From Candidatus Electronema halotolerans (lineage in GTDB: Bacteria; Desulfobacterota; Desulfobulbia; Desulfobulbales; Desulfobulbaceae): 32,000 bases of DNA. Shown one piece after another: positions 8,542 through 17,450 of this stretch (positions are counted from its first letter, which is position 1; every line of letters begins with the position of its first letter). Position numbers and translations under genes: made by a program. The notes beneath the pieces are model-generated. The model was given only the letters and a program-made list of their open reading frames with translations. It made no database searches and was not told the DNA's origin. The stretch spans positions 1,860,001 through 1,892,000 of the forward strand of contig OW818675.1 of NCBI GenBank assembly GCA_942493095.1, read 5' to 3'.

Positions 8542-9300
8542 ATGACCCACGTGACAGCCCTTGCAGGCAAAGGCGGCACCGGCAAGACCACCACAGCCGC
8601 CCTTCTGCTCAAATATCTCACCGCTCATGGCAAGACCCCGGTCTTGGCTGTGGATGCTGATGCCAACGCCAACCTGAACGAGCTGCTTGATCTCAAGATC
8701 AGCACCACCCTCGGCACGATCCGCAAGGAGCTGAAAGGCGATATTCCGCCCGGCATGAGCCGCGATCAGTATATGGAAATGAAAATCCATCAGGCCCTGC
8801 TTGAGGAAAAGGGTTTTGATCTGATGGTCATGGGCCAGCCGGACGGGCCGGGCTGCTACTGCGCCGCCAATCAGTATTTGGCCATGACCATGGACCGGCT
8901 GGCCGACAACTACAAGCACATCATTGTTGACAACGAGGCTGGCATGGAGCATCTCAGCCGCCTCAACCTGCGCCGAATTGATCAGCTCATTATTGTTTCT
9001 GATCCCTCAGCACGGGGCATTCTCACCGCCCGCCGGATTGCTGATCTGACCGGGCCGCTCCAGCTCGACATCCGGGCGCAGCACCTGATCGTCAACCGCG
9101 CTCCTGATCCCATCCCCCCTGCTCTTCAGGAAAAAATTGACGCGGCAGTGACCGAGAGCGGCTTGCGCTTGGCAGGCATCATTCCAGCCAGCGAAGAGCT
9201 GGTCGGCCAGGAACTGAGCGGCGCATCCTATTTGCAGCTCCCGGAAGACTCGAAAATTATCCAGCAGGCGTTCGCTGTCTTTGACCGGATTTTCGGATAA
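8542..9300 (+). CDS. CooC/MinD-superfamily P-loop NTPase
   Basis: Deviant Walker A LAGKGGTGKTTTAALL, followed by VLAVDADANANL and GCYCAAN (CooC-like Cys motif). Its stop TAA shares one nt with the ftsE ATG at 9300. Confidence 0.75.
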   Translation: MTHVTALAGKGGTGKTTTAALLLKYLTAHGKTPVLAVDADANANLNELLDLKISTTLGTIRKELKGDIPPGMSRDQYMEMKIHQALLEEKGFDLMVMGQPDGPGCYCAANQYLAMTMDRLADNYKHIIVDNEAGMEHLSRLNLRRIDQLIIVSDPSARGILTARRIADLTGPLQLDIRAQHLIVNRAPDPIPPALQEKIDAAVTESGLRLAGIIPASEELVGQELSGASYLQLPEDSKIIQQAFAVFDRIFG

Positions 9301-10016
9301 TGAGCGAAAAACGGCAGACCATAATTGACCTGGCCAGGGTCAGCAAGACCTTTCCGCCAGATGTTCATGCCTTGGATGACATTTCTTTGCGCATCCGCCA
9401 AGGCGAGATGATTTTTCTCACCGGGCAAAGCGGAGCTGGCAAGACCACCCTGCTGCGCCTGCTCTGCGGCATTGACAGGCCGGACAAGGGCTATGTCGAG
9501 ATTGTCGGCCAGGATCTGAGCCGGGCCACTGATGCGGAGCTGCAAGACTTGCGCCGCCGCATCGGCGTGGCTTATCAGGATTTCAAGCTCCTGCCGGACA
9601 AGACTGTGGCCCAGAACATCGCCTACTCAATGGAGGTTGCCTACCGGAGCAGGCAGTTCATCCGCAGCCAGACGGAAAAGCTGCTCACCGAGCTGCATCT
9701 GGCTGACAAGCAGGATGCGCTGGCTGGCTATTTGTCCAGAGGCGAGCAGCAGCGGGTGGCCATTGCCAGAGCAGCAGCCAATGAACCGGAGCTGATTCTC
9801 GCCGACGAGCCGACCGGCAATCTCGATAAGGAGACCACAGGGCTGGTCATGCAGCTTTTCCGCCACTGCAACGAGCAGGGCACCACTCTGCTCATAGCCA
9901 CCCATGATCATTCGATTTACGATTTTCCGGGGAGCAAGGTGGTTAAAATCGAGAACGGGCGGCTGGCGATTCAGAAGCCTGCGGCTGCGCTCAAAAAAGC
10001 GGAGGCCCGGACATGA
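9300..10016 (+). CDS. ftsE: cell division ATP-binding protein FtsE
   Basis: Walker [18 protein letters not shown] signature [14 protein letters not shown], Walker [13 protein letters not shown]. Followed by ftsX with an ATGA overlap. Confidence 0.9.
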   Translation: MSEKRQTIIDLARVSKTFPPDVHALDDISLRIRQGEMIFLTGQSGAGKTTLLRLLCGIDRPDKGYVEIVGQDLSRATDAELQDLRRRIGVAYQDFKLLPDKTVAQNIAYSMEVAYRSRQFIRSQTEKLLTELHLADKQDALAGYLSRGEQQRVAIARAAANEPELILADEPTGNLDKETTGLVMQLFRHCNEQGTTLLIATHDHSIYDFPGSKVVKIENGRLAIQKPAAALKKAEART

Positions 10017-10900
10017 TGAATTTTCTCCTTGCCGTGCTCAGTCAGACATGGCGCAGCATCATTGAGACGTGGCGCAGTCTGCTTCTTTCGCTGATGACCA
10101 TCACCTTGTCCGTGCTGATCTTCACCTTTTTTTATCTGGTCTATGTCAACACCCTGCAAGTCGGCAACCGCTTGGACAATGACCTCCGTTTAATCGTTTA
10201 CCTTGATGAGCAGCCGAACGAGGCCCTCCAGCAGGAATACCGCCGCAAGATTGAAAAATTTGAAGTGGAGCGGATTGTTTTTGTCTCCAGATTGGAAGCC
10301 TACGAGCGTTTCAGAGCACAGCTCAAGGACAGCAATGATGTGCTTGAAGACGTGCCCAAGGATTTTCTTCCGGCCTCCATTGAAATTTATCCGCGCCGCA
10401 CTCTGCGCAGCTTGTCCCAACTCAAGGATTTTTCCGCCTACTTGGAGCGTCTGCCCGGTGTGCTCAAAGTTCAGTACGGCAGGGAATGGGTCGAACGTTT
10501 CTACTCCTTTGTCAAGCTCTTGCGGGTGGTGGTCCTGCTCTCCGGCACCCTACTGATTCTGACCACCACCTTCATGATCGGTCATTCCATCCGCCTGACT
10601 GTGTTTTCCCGCAAAAAAGAGCTGGAGCTGCTCCGCTTGGTCGGCGCATCGAACAGTTACATCCGAGTGCCCTTTTTTCTGGAAGGCGCGCTGCTGGGCG
10701 CGCTTGGCTCGGCAGCAGGTCTGAGCGCGCTCTATCTGCTCTTCCGCTGGATTAAAGCCAGCTTTGCCGCCCAGGCCGCCCAGAGCATGTTTGTCTTCAG
10801 CTTCTTCAGCACTCCGACCCTGTTAGCCATTGTGATTCTTTCCACTCTGCTCTGCGCGGGCGGCAGTTTTGTCTCCATCCGCAAGATACTCAGTGTCTGA
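10013..10900 (+). CDS. ftsX: cell division permease-like protein FtsX
   Basis: TM1, then a ~110-aa periplasmic loop (LRLIVYLDE...IEIYP), then three C-terminal TMs. This is the FtsX architecture. Coupled to ftsE. Confidence 0.85.
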   Translation: MMNFLLAVLSQTWRSIIETWRSLLLSLMTITLSVLIFTFFYLVYVNTLQVGNRLDNDLRLIVYLDEQPNEALQQEYRRKIEKFEVERIVFVSRLEAYERFRAQLKDSNDVLEDVPKDFLPASIEIYPRRTLRSLSQLKDFSAYLERLPGVLKVQYGREWVERFYSFVKLLRVVVLLSGTLLILTTTFMIGHSIRLTVFSRKKELELLRLVGASNSYIRVPFFLEGALLGALGSAAGLSALYLLFRWIKASFAAQAAQSMFVFSFFSTPTLLAIVILSTLLCAGGSFVSIRKILSV

Positions 10901-10904
10901 GCGC

Positions 10905-12053
10905 ATGAAGCTGAAAACACTGCTTGCCGCGCTCCTGCCTGCTGTCCTCTTTTGCTGCTCCAGCAACTGTCTGGGCGCGGACACCCAGGCGATCAGAAGC
11001 AATATCAATCGGCTGCACGAGCAAATTGCGGCGCAGGAAGAGCAGCTCCAGCAGAGCGGCGCGCAGGAGCTGACCGTCTTGGACGAATTGGACCAGATCA
11101 GCAGCAACATGGAGGAGCAGCAGGAAAAAATCCTTGTCCTCCAGAATCATCTTCAGCGGCAGCAGCAGACCTTGGCTGCGACCAAGGAGGCACTCAACAA
11201 GACTATGCAGGCGCGGGATCAGGCCAAGGAGCAGATGCTCAAGCGGCTGCGGGCCTTTTACATGATGGGTCGGCTGGAGGTGCTCAATGTCACCTTTTCC
11301 AATAAGACCCTGCCGGAACTGCTGCTGATGATGGATTCCTTCCACAGTCTGGCGGGCTATGACCAGAGCGTGATTGACCGCTATAAAAAGAGTCTGGCCG
11401 TGCTGGAGCAGGCCAAGACCTCCTATGAGCTGGAGGAGTCGCTCCAAGAGGAGCTGGTGCGCCAAGCTGAGGAGCAGCAGAAAAAATTGCAAACGCTCCG
11501 GCAAGAGCGTGAAGACATGCTGACCCGGATTAAGGCCCAGCAGGGGCTGTACCGGCTTGCGGTTGAGGAAATGCGCCAGGCCGAGGCAAAAATGAAGCGC
11601 ACCTTGGTCGGAATCAAGGCCAGAAAGCGGAATCCGGGCCAAGGGCTGCTGGCTTTCAAAGGCAAACTTCCCTTTCCTGCTCAAGGCAGGGTGACGCTCC
11701 ATTTTGGCGAGGTGCTAAAAACTGGCCTGCGCAAAGGCGAGACGGTCAAGGGCATTCATATTGAGGTCAAGCCGGGCACAGCAGTTCGGGCCGTGGCCAA
11801 GGGCCGGGTGGCTTTTGCTGGCTGGCGGCGCGGTTATGGCAATGCAGTGATCATTGATCACGGCCAGAACTGGTTCACCATCACTTCCCGCTTGGACAGC
11901 ATTGTGGTCAGGGAAGGCGACATCATCCTTCGTCCTGGTCAGAAAATTGGAACCAGCGGCGATTTGGCCACCCTGTACGAGCCAGGCCTGTATTTTGAAA
12001 TCCGCCAAGACACAGAGCCGCAAGACCCTCTTCAGTGGCTCAAGGCGGACTGA
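10905..12053 (+). CDS. EnvC-like murein hydrolase activator (coiled coil + degenerate LytM/M23 domain)
   Basis: Signal peptide MKLKTLLAALLPAVLFCCSS from ATG 10905 and a long Q/E-rich coiled coil. The C-terminal M23 fold has its metal and catalytic residues replaced: KGIHIEV instead of HxGxD, TSRL instead of YxHL, and GLYFEI instead of HLHFE. Lies immediately after ftsEX. Confidence 0.8.
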   Translation: MKLKTLLAALLPAVLFCCSSNCLGADTQAIRSNINRLHEQIAAQEEQLQQSGAQELTVLDELDQISSNMEEQQEKILVLQNHLQRQQQTLAATKEALNKTMQARDQAKEQMLKRLRAFYMMGRLEVLNVTFSNKTLPELLLMMDSFHSLAGYDQSVIDRYKKSLAVLEQAKTSYELEESLQEELVRQAEEQQKKLQTLRQEREDMLTRIKAQQGLYRLAVEEMRQAEAKMKRTLVGIKARKRNPGQGLLAFKGKLPFPAQGRVTLHFGEVLKTGLRKGETVKGIHIEVKPGTAVRAVAKGRVAFAGWRRGYGNAVIIDHGQNWFTITSRLDSIVVREGDIILRPGQKIGTSGDLATLYEPGLYFEIRQDTEPQDPLQWLKAD

Positions 12054-12145
12054 GTGCTGGGAATGCGTTTTTTTTTGTTTGGCAGCCCGCTTTGCGGTAT
12101 AAAACAAAAAGAGGCTGTCAAAACGGCAAAAAAAATCATCCCGGA

Positions 12146-13399
12146 ATGCTTATGAAATCCACACGATTCTGTCTCGTCTTTCTTGCCGCCTGCGTCCTGC
12201 TCCTTGCCGCCCCGCTCTCGGCCAAGGAGGACCACGCCCGGCCAGAAGCGGAGATTTACAGCAATCTTGAGACCTTTGCCAACATTCTGGACCTGTTGGA
12301 AAAGCATTATGTTGACAAGGTCAGCAGCAGTGAGCTGCTTCTCGGCGCGGTCAACGGGATGCTCGGCACCTTGGATCCGCATTCCGCCTATCTCTCCCCC
12401 AAGGATTTCAAAGAACTGCAAGAAGACACCAGCGGCAATTTCAGCGGCGTGGGCATTGAAGTGACGGTGCGGGACGGTGTCCTGACCGTGGTCTCGGCCA
12501 TTGCCGGAACCCCGGCCTTTGCTCAGGGCGTGAAAGCGGGCGACCGGGTTCTTGGCATCAATGGCCAGCCAGCCCAAGACATGACTCTGAACGAGGCAGT
12601 CCGGCTGCTGCGCGGCAAGATCGGCGACAAGGTGACGCTCTCGTTGAGCAGGGACGGGCAGGTGCAGGATATTGTTCTGACTCGCAGCCTGATTCCTCAG
12701 CATTCCATTGCCAGCACAGAACTGGAGCCGGGTCTGCTTCATGTCCAGATCAGCAGCTTTCAGTCGGCCACGGCCCGCGACTTTAAAGAGGCTCTGAGCA
12801 AGGCCGCGAAAAAGCATCCGCTCAAAGGGCTGCTTCTTGACCTGCGCAACAATCCGGGCGGCCTGCTGGAACAGGCGGTCAAGGTAGCTGATCTGTTCAT
12901 CAAAAAAGGGGTGCTGGTCTCGACCAAAGGCCGGGACAAGGAGCATGACATGCTCTTTGCGGCCCATCCGGGCGCAGAAAAATACAATGTGCCAATGGTG
13001 GTCTTGGTCAATGCCGGTTCAGCGAGTGCTGCGGAAATCGTCGCAGGTGCCCTGCAAGACCACAAGCGGGCACTGATTCTCGGCACCAAAACCTTTGGCA
13101 AAGGTTCGGTGCAGACTGTGGTGCCCCTGCCGGACGGAGCCGGGCTGCGCCTGACCACAGCCCGCTACTGCACGCCCAGCGGCAGGTCGATTCAGGAGAC
13201 CGGCATCAGCCCGGACATTGTCGTGCCCTTAGAAGAAAAAGGCAGTGCGGAGCGGAGCAGCATCCGCGAGAAGGACCTGCTCCATCATTTTGAAAACACA
13301 GATCAAAATGAACAGAAAAACAGCAGTCTGAAGAACGGGCTGCTGGCTGAGGACAATCAGCTCCAAGCTGCGCTCTTCATTCTCAAGCATCTCCGCTGA
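12146..13399 (+). CDS. S41 family carboxy-terminal processing peptidase
   Basis: Signal/anchor MLMKSTRFCLVFLAACVLLLAAPLSA, PDZ region GIEV...GTPAFAQGVKAGDRVLGING, and S41 core LDLRNNPGGLL...SASAAEIVAGALQD...TFGKGSVQ. Start at 12146 or 12152. Confidence 0.9.
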   Translation: MLMKSTRFCLVFLAACVLLLAAPLSAKEDHARPEAEIYSNLETFANILDLLEKHYVDKVSSSELLLGAVNGMLGTLDPHSAYLSPKDFKELQEDTSGNFSGVGIEVTVRDGVLTVVSAIAGTPAFAQGVKAGDRVLGINGQPAQDMTLNEAVRLLRGKIGDKVTLSLSRDGQVQDIVLTRSLIPQHSIASTELEPGLLHVQISSFQSATARDFKEALSKAAKKHPLKGLLLDLRNNPGGLLEQAVKVADLFIKKGVLVSTKGRDKEHDMLFAAHPGAEKYNVPMVVLVNAGSASAAEIVAGALQDHKRALILGTKTFGKGSVQTVVPLPDGAGLRLTTARYCTPSGRSIQETGISPDIVVPLEEKGSAERSSIREKDLLHHFENTDQNEQKNSSLKNGLLAEDNQLQAALFILKHLR

Positions 13400-14327
13400 C
13401 CGCTGTTCCGTGGCCTGCCGCTTTGGGATGGGCCTTGTCATAGACCCGGCTCAGATGCTCCATGTCCAAGTGGGTGTATATCTGGGTCGTGGAGAGGCTG
13501 GCGTGACCAAGCAGCTCCTGCACCATGCGCAGGTCCATGCCCATTTCCACTAAATGGGTGGCAAAGGAATGGCGCAGGGCATGCGGCGTGACCTGCGGCC
13601 CGATGCCAGCCCGCTGCCCATAGGCGGCCACCATGCGCTCGATGCTGCGCGCTGTCAGGCGGGTTCCCCGGCTGTTGAGAAACAGGGCCTCCTGTTCCGG
13701 CCTGTCGCCCCGCGTGATCCGGGCGGCAATAAGCTGTCCGCGCAGCGGCAGCCAAGCGCGGAGGGCTTCCCCAGCCGCCCTGCCAAAAGGCACCAGCCGC
13801 TCCTTGCCCCCCTTGCCCCTGATTTTGATCATGCCAGCGGCAAAATCCACGTCCGCCACATTGCCAGCCACTGCCTCGGAAACCCGCATTCCTGTGGCAT
13901 AAATCAGTTCCATCACCGCCCGATCCCGCTGCTGCAATGTATCCTGCGGCTTTGGCTCCTCCAGCAGGCTGAAGACTTCATCCACAGTCAGATAAACAGG
14001 AATATGCTTGGGCAGCTTTGGCCCGGCCAGCCCGGCTAAAGGATCAGCGGCAAGATGCTTCTCTCTGAGGCAGTGGCGGATGAACACGCGCAGCGAAGAC
14101 ATCTTGCGGGCCACTGACGAGGCTGAATGGCTCAAATAAAGCGAGGCGAGATGCTGCTGCAGATGCAGGGCCTTGAGGTCGGTAAGATCAATCCCGTTGC
14201 CGAGGCTGCGGAGGAAATCCTCAACATCCCGGCTGTAGCTCTTCACCGTGTTGGCTGAATAGCCCCGTTCAACTTTCAACCAGTCAATAAAGGTGGCCAC
14301 AGCAGGCCATGCCTCTTCTGGACGCAT
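13383..14327 (-). CDS. xerC: tyrosine recombinase XerC-like
   Basis: N-terminal SAM-like domain FIDWLKVERGYSANTVKSYSRDVEDFL. Catalytic region GMRVSE...RGKGGKERLVPFG...HALRHSFATHLVEMGMDLRMVQELLGHASLSTTQIYTHLDMEHLSRVYDKAHP is very close to the XerC C-terminus. Start chosen at MRPEEAW (GGTGA 5 nt upstream); the track ORF extends to 14384. Confidence 0.8.
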   Translation of the reverse strand: MRPEEAWPAVATFIDWLKVERGYSANTVKSYSRDVEDFLRSLGNGIDLTDLKALHLQQHLASLYLSHSASSVARKMSSLRVFIRHCLREKHLAADPLAGLAGPKLPKHIPVYLTVDEVFSLLEEPKPQDTLQQRDRAVMELIYATGMRVSEAVAGNVADVDFAAGMIKIRGKGGKERLVPFGRAAGEALRAWLPLRGQLIAARITRGDRPEQEALFLNSRGTRLTARSIERMVAAYGQRAGIGPQVTPHALRHSFATHLVEMGMDLRMVQELLGHASLSTTQIYTHLDMEHLSRVYDKAHPKAAGHGTAVSGDA

Positions 14328-14504
14328 TTTTTCACCATAAATGCCTGTTTTTGCGCATTTGACAAAATTGTTCATCGCGTTCATCTGGTGTTCATTCCGC
14401 TGCTGTTACAGTAACCATGCAACAAGCCGGAAGCGGCTCAATCGCTTTCGGTTGATCATGGCGTAACGTGCAACAGCGGGAAATGTCCCGCAGGAGAGGA
14501 GAGA

Positions 14505-14924
14505 ATGAAGAATGCAAGAACACAGGCAGGAAGATTTTTACTCGCAATGTCCGCAGCAGGCGTTTTGCTGGCAGGTGTCAGTCCGGCCTCAGCAGTGGAA
14601 ATCACCCCGCAGCTCCGGGCAGCGACGCTTCAGGTGATCCCTGAAGCCGGGGCAAACAACACGGCCATGCAACACTGCGGCTGTGACAGCAAAGAGGGCA
14701 TTGAGATGTATGTGCAGAACCTGATCAATGATGCGGAGAAACGCGGCCTGAACTGCCAGACTTCCTACCACATTCCAGCCTGCATCACCACCTACTGCTC
14801 AATTTGCAGGGGACATGCCGGATTAGTGGAGAACTGCATCCAAACAGGCATTGCCTATTTCACCAGCACGGCCAATTTCTGTTCGCAGCAGGCAAATGTC
14901 ACCGCTTATGCAGCTCCATTCTGA
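14505..14924 (+). CDS. secreted cysteine-rich hypothetical protein
   Basis: Strong SD (caGGAGAGGAGAgaATG), Sec-type signal peptide ...LLAGVSPASA/VE, and 9 Cys in the ~105-aa mature part. No family recognised. Confidence 0.6.
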   Translation: MKNARTQAGRFLLAMSAAGVLLAGVSPASAVEITPQLRAATLQVIPEAGANNTAMQHCGCDSKEGIEMYVQNLINDAEKRGLNCQTSYHIPACITTYCSICRGHAGLVENCIQTGIAYFTSTANFCSQQANVTAYAAPF

Positions 14925-14940
14925 AAATGGAATTTTTTTG

Positions 14941-14969
14941 CAGGACGTGAAACAGCTGTCCACGTCCTG
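14941..14969. repeat. perfect 9-bp inverted repeat (CAGGACGTG-11 nt-CACGTCCTG) between convergent genes
   Basis: Read directly from the sequence. Flanked by TTTTTTTG on the left and TAAAAAAG on the right. Confidence 0.5.
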
Positions 14970-15007
14970 TAAAAAAGCGATGCAAATTCGCCCGCATCAT
15001 GCGTGTG

Positions 15008-15700
15008 CTATTTCCTTATTTTTCTTTGCAAATTAACCTCCGCCTCCGAAGGCCGGACATAGAGTGGAACAGTCAGGGCTGGATCAGACAACTCACCTCG
15101 CGCCAAACGTTCAGCAGCAAGAAAACCAATCAGGGAGGCTTTGGGACTGCTCAAAGCAGGCGGAATGAGCCACAGGTCATCAATTGCCGTAAAAACAGCA
15201 TGATATTCAGCCAGCCCCGGCCCGGCGACCGCCGCAGGAGCTTTTATCCGTTGCGCCAGCAATTCTGGGCGGACAGCCTCTGCCGGACTGATCTGGCCGC
15301 TGCCATCATAGCAGGCCGCATAGACTTCCTGCTTGCGGGCATCCAACAGGCACCAAAGGGGCATGTCGAGAAGCGGACAGGACAGGGCAACTGCATCCAA
15401 GGTCGGCACAGCCAGCAGCGGTTTGCCAGTGGCAAAGACAATCCCCTTGGCCGCTGCCAGACCAATGCGCAGGCCAGTGAAGGAGCCGGGGCCAATGCTG
15501 ACCGCGACTGCATCCACGTCCTGCCATGTCAGGCCCGCCGCCTTCATTATCCATTCGACCGAGCCGAGAAGCTGGCGGGAATGCGTTTGTTCCGGCTGGG
15601 CAATGGCCTCGGCCAGCAGTTTGCCGTTCGCCACACCGCCGCGAGTCAGGGCGACACTGCCGCAGCCAGCAGCGGTTTCAAGGGAAAGGATGAGGGGCAT
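15008..15700 (-). CDS. tsaB: tRNA N6-threonylcarbamoyladenosine biosynthesis protein TsaB
   Basis: [18 protein letters not shown]...[20 protein letters not shown] is the YeaZ/TsaB signature. Its ATG at 15700 shares one nt with the rseP stop (TGATG). Confidence 0.85.
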   Translation of the reverse strand: MPLILSLETAAGCGSVALTRGGVANGKLLAEAIAQPEQTHSRQLLGSVEWIMKAAGLTWQDVDAVAVSIGPGSFTGLRIGLAAAKGIVFATGKPLLAVPTLDAVALSCPLLDMPLWCLLDARKQEVYAACYDGSGQISPAEAVRPELLAQRIKAPAAVAGPGLAEYHAVFTAIDDLWLIPPALSSPKASLIGFLAAERLARGELSDPALTVPLYVRPSEAEVNLQRKIRK

Positions 15701-16791
15701 CAGGATGCGCCCAGCCACCGCTGCACCAGCCGGGCAATGTCATTGTAAAAAACAAAAATCATCAGCGCGCCGAGCAGGGCTATGCCGACCTGCTGCGCCC
15801 GAATCATGGCTGACTCGGCCAGCGGTTTGCGGCGGATGGCTTCAATAGTGAGAAAGGTGAGGTGGCCGCCGTCCAGAACCGGGATGGGCAGCAGATTGAG
15901 GATGCCAAGATTGACCGAGAGCAGGCCGGTGAAATGCACTAAATGCAGCCAGCCAGCCCGGAACTGCTCACCAGTGATTTCGGCAATGCGGATCGGGCCG
16001 CCCAGCTCAGAAGCCGGAATCACTTGCTGAATCATCTTGACCAAGCCCATGATCGTGACCACGATCAGATTCCACGTATAGACAAAGGCCAGACTGACTG
16101 ATTCTGGCAGGGAAATCTTGGTGTAGGTCAGTTCCTCGCTCCGGGTCATGCCGAGCAGATAACGCGCTTCGCCCGTCTCCTCGCCAAAAATATCTTTCAC
16201 CTTGTCCAAGACTGGAACCGCTGCAAGCGTCACTGGTTCCCTATCCCGCTGCACGACCAGCTCCAGCGGCTTGCCGCCAGAATCTCGGACAGCCTCGGAA
16301 ACCTGCTGCCACGAGGTCATCTCCTGCCCGTTGATCGACAGCACCACATCGCCCGGCTTCACCCCGGCTTGTTCCGCAGGTGAACCGGAATTGACCTGGC
16401 CGATCTTGGTGCTGTCAACCAGATCGGGCCGTCCAGCGAGCAGGAACATGAGCCAGAAGACCATCAGGGCAAAAAGCAGATTGAAGAGCGGGCCGCCAAA
16501 GACTATCCAGAAGCGCTGGCCCACGCTTTTATGGGAAAAGGAGACGGCTTTGTCTTCTTCGGCAATTTCCTCGCCCGGCTGCTCGCCGTACATTTTCACA
16601 TAGCCGCCCAAAGGAAAGGCGGAGATCAGGTATTCGGTCTCACCCCACTTTCTGCCGATGAGCTTATTGCCAAAGCCAAGGGAAAATTTCAGCACCCGCA
16701 CACCAAAGAGCTTGGCAAAGAGAAAATGGCCCAGCTCATGCACAAAAATCAGGATGCCGAGAATGACTATGAAAGAGATGATGGCGTTCAT
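15700..16791 (-). CDS. rseP: RIP (site-2) zinc metalloprotease RseP
   Basis: HELGHF (HExxH) in TM1, a PDZ domain ([21 protein letters not shown]), and C-terminal [12 protein letters not shown]. Confidence 0.9.
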   Translation of the reverse strand: MNAIISFIVILGILIFVHELGHFLFAKLFGVRVLKFSLGFGNKLIGRKWGETEYLISAFPLGGYVKMYGEQPGEEIAEEDKAVSFSHKSVGQRFWIVFGGPLFNLLFALMVFWLMFLLAGRPDLVDSTKIGQVNSGSPAEQAGVKPGDVVLSINGQEMTSWQQVSEAVRDSGGKPLELVVQRDREPVTLAAVPVLDKVKDIFGEETGEARYLLGMTRSEELTYTKISLPESVSLAFVYTWNLIVVTIMGLVKMIQQVIPASELGGPIRIAEITGEQFRAGWLHLVHFTGLLSVNLGILNLLPIPVLDGGHLTFLTIEAIRRKPLAESAMIRAQQVGIALLGALMIFVFYNDIARLVQRWLGAS

Positions 16792-16807
16792 TGCGTTTAT
16801 TGTAATT

Positions 16808-17155
16808 TCACGAAAGAATGGTTCTTCTTTCCAAGGATTCGGCTATCATTGCTGTGACTAAGGTGTTCATGCTCACTCCTTCCTGCCGGGCGCAGGCGGC
16901 AAGTTTTGCATACAAACTTTTTGGAAGACGCTGAACCAGACGGCTGCTGCTCTCCGGCTCAGGGATAGGATCATTAAATTCTTCAGCCGTTGCCAGCCAT
17001 GAATGAACTGCGTCCAAGCCATTCATGACAGCTTCTTCCAAGGTTTCTCCATCTGCAATGCAGCCTGGCAAATCTGGGAATAAAATCAAAAAACCACCGC
17101 CTTCCTCTGCTGTCAGCGGACGAACTTCAAAAGGATAGTTGACTTTTCTGCCCAT
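16808..17155 (-). CDS. hicB: HicB-family type II antitoxin
   Basis: YPFEVRPLTAEEGGGFLILFPDLPGCIADGETLEEAVMNGLDAVHSWL is the HicB/UPF0150 N-terminal fold. The C-terminal part is RHH-like (RLPKSLYAKLAACARQEGVSMNTLVTAMIAESL). ATG 17155 lies 4 nt after the hicA stop. Confidence 0.8.
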   Translation of the reverse strand: MGRKVNYPFEVRPLTAEEGGGFLILFPDLPGCIADGETLEEAVMNGLDAVHSWLATAEEFNDPIPEPESSSRLVQRLPKSLYAKLAACARQEGVSMNTLVTAMIAESLERRTILS

Positions 17156-17159
17156 AAAA

Positions 17160-17420
17160 TTATGCCTGATCGCCTTCCCCTTCAATCAGAAAGCGAAGGA
17201 ATTTTTTGATATAAATTGGTTTGATGGGCCGATGCGCTGGAACAGTGATTTTTGCTTCATTTGGATGACGGAAGGTGACGTGACTTGTGCCGGGTTGTCT
17301 CCATGCAATACCAAATCTTTTGGCAAGATATTGTAGCTCATCAATCTGCCAGTCCTGCGGATTATTCTGCATCCTGAGCAGCATCTTTTCAATTTTACTC
17401 ATGATGCTGGAAGATTTCAA
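17160..17420 (-). CDS. hicA: HicA-family mRNA interferase toxin
   Basis: GTSHVTFRHPNEAKITVPAHRPIKPIYIKKFL matches the HicA/YcfA core (G-S-H...vP.H). TTG 17420 is preceded by AGGAG with a 4-nt spacer. The alternative ATG 17402 has no SD. Confidence 0.75.
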   Translation of the reverse strand: MKSSSIMSKIEKMLLRMQNNPQDWQIDELQYLAKRFGIAWRQPGTSHVTFRHPNEAKITVPAHRPIKPIYIKKFLRFLIEGEGDQA

Positions 17421-17450
17421 GCAGCTCCTGCGCTTAGATGGAGAAACGCT

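Noticed and set aside
10890-11702. 270-aa - strand ORF; the 311-aa ORF at 12032-12967 is a similar case
   Set aside because: These are antisense to the envC-like and S41 protease genes. The Q/L-rich mirror of the coiled coil explains why the frame stays open.
12080-12095. Sigma-54-like element TGGCAG-N5-TTTGC upstream of the S41 protease gene
   Set aside because: The GG-to-GC spacing is 13 nt instead of the strictly conserved 12, so it does not fit the -24/-12 geometry. A weak sigma70-like TTGTTT-17-TATAAA overlaps it, but that was also too weak to report as a feature.
13383-14327. The tyrosine recombinase as an integrase marking a mobile element boundary
   Set aside because: The sequence is XerC-like throughout, including the XerC-type C-terminus, and its composition is host-like. 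It is flanked by housekeeping genes, and no att-like repeats or cargo lie adjacent.
14941-14969. The inverted repeat as a canonical bidirectional intrinsic terminator
   Set aside because: The T-tract precedes the stem and the A-tract follows it on both strands, which is the reverse of what a Rho-independent terminator needs. I kept it only as an inverted repeat or possible protein-binding site.
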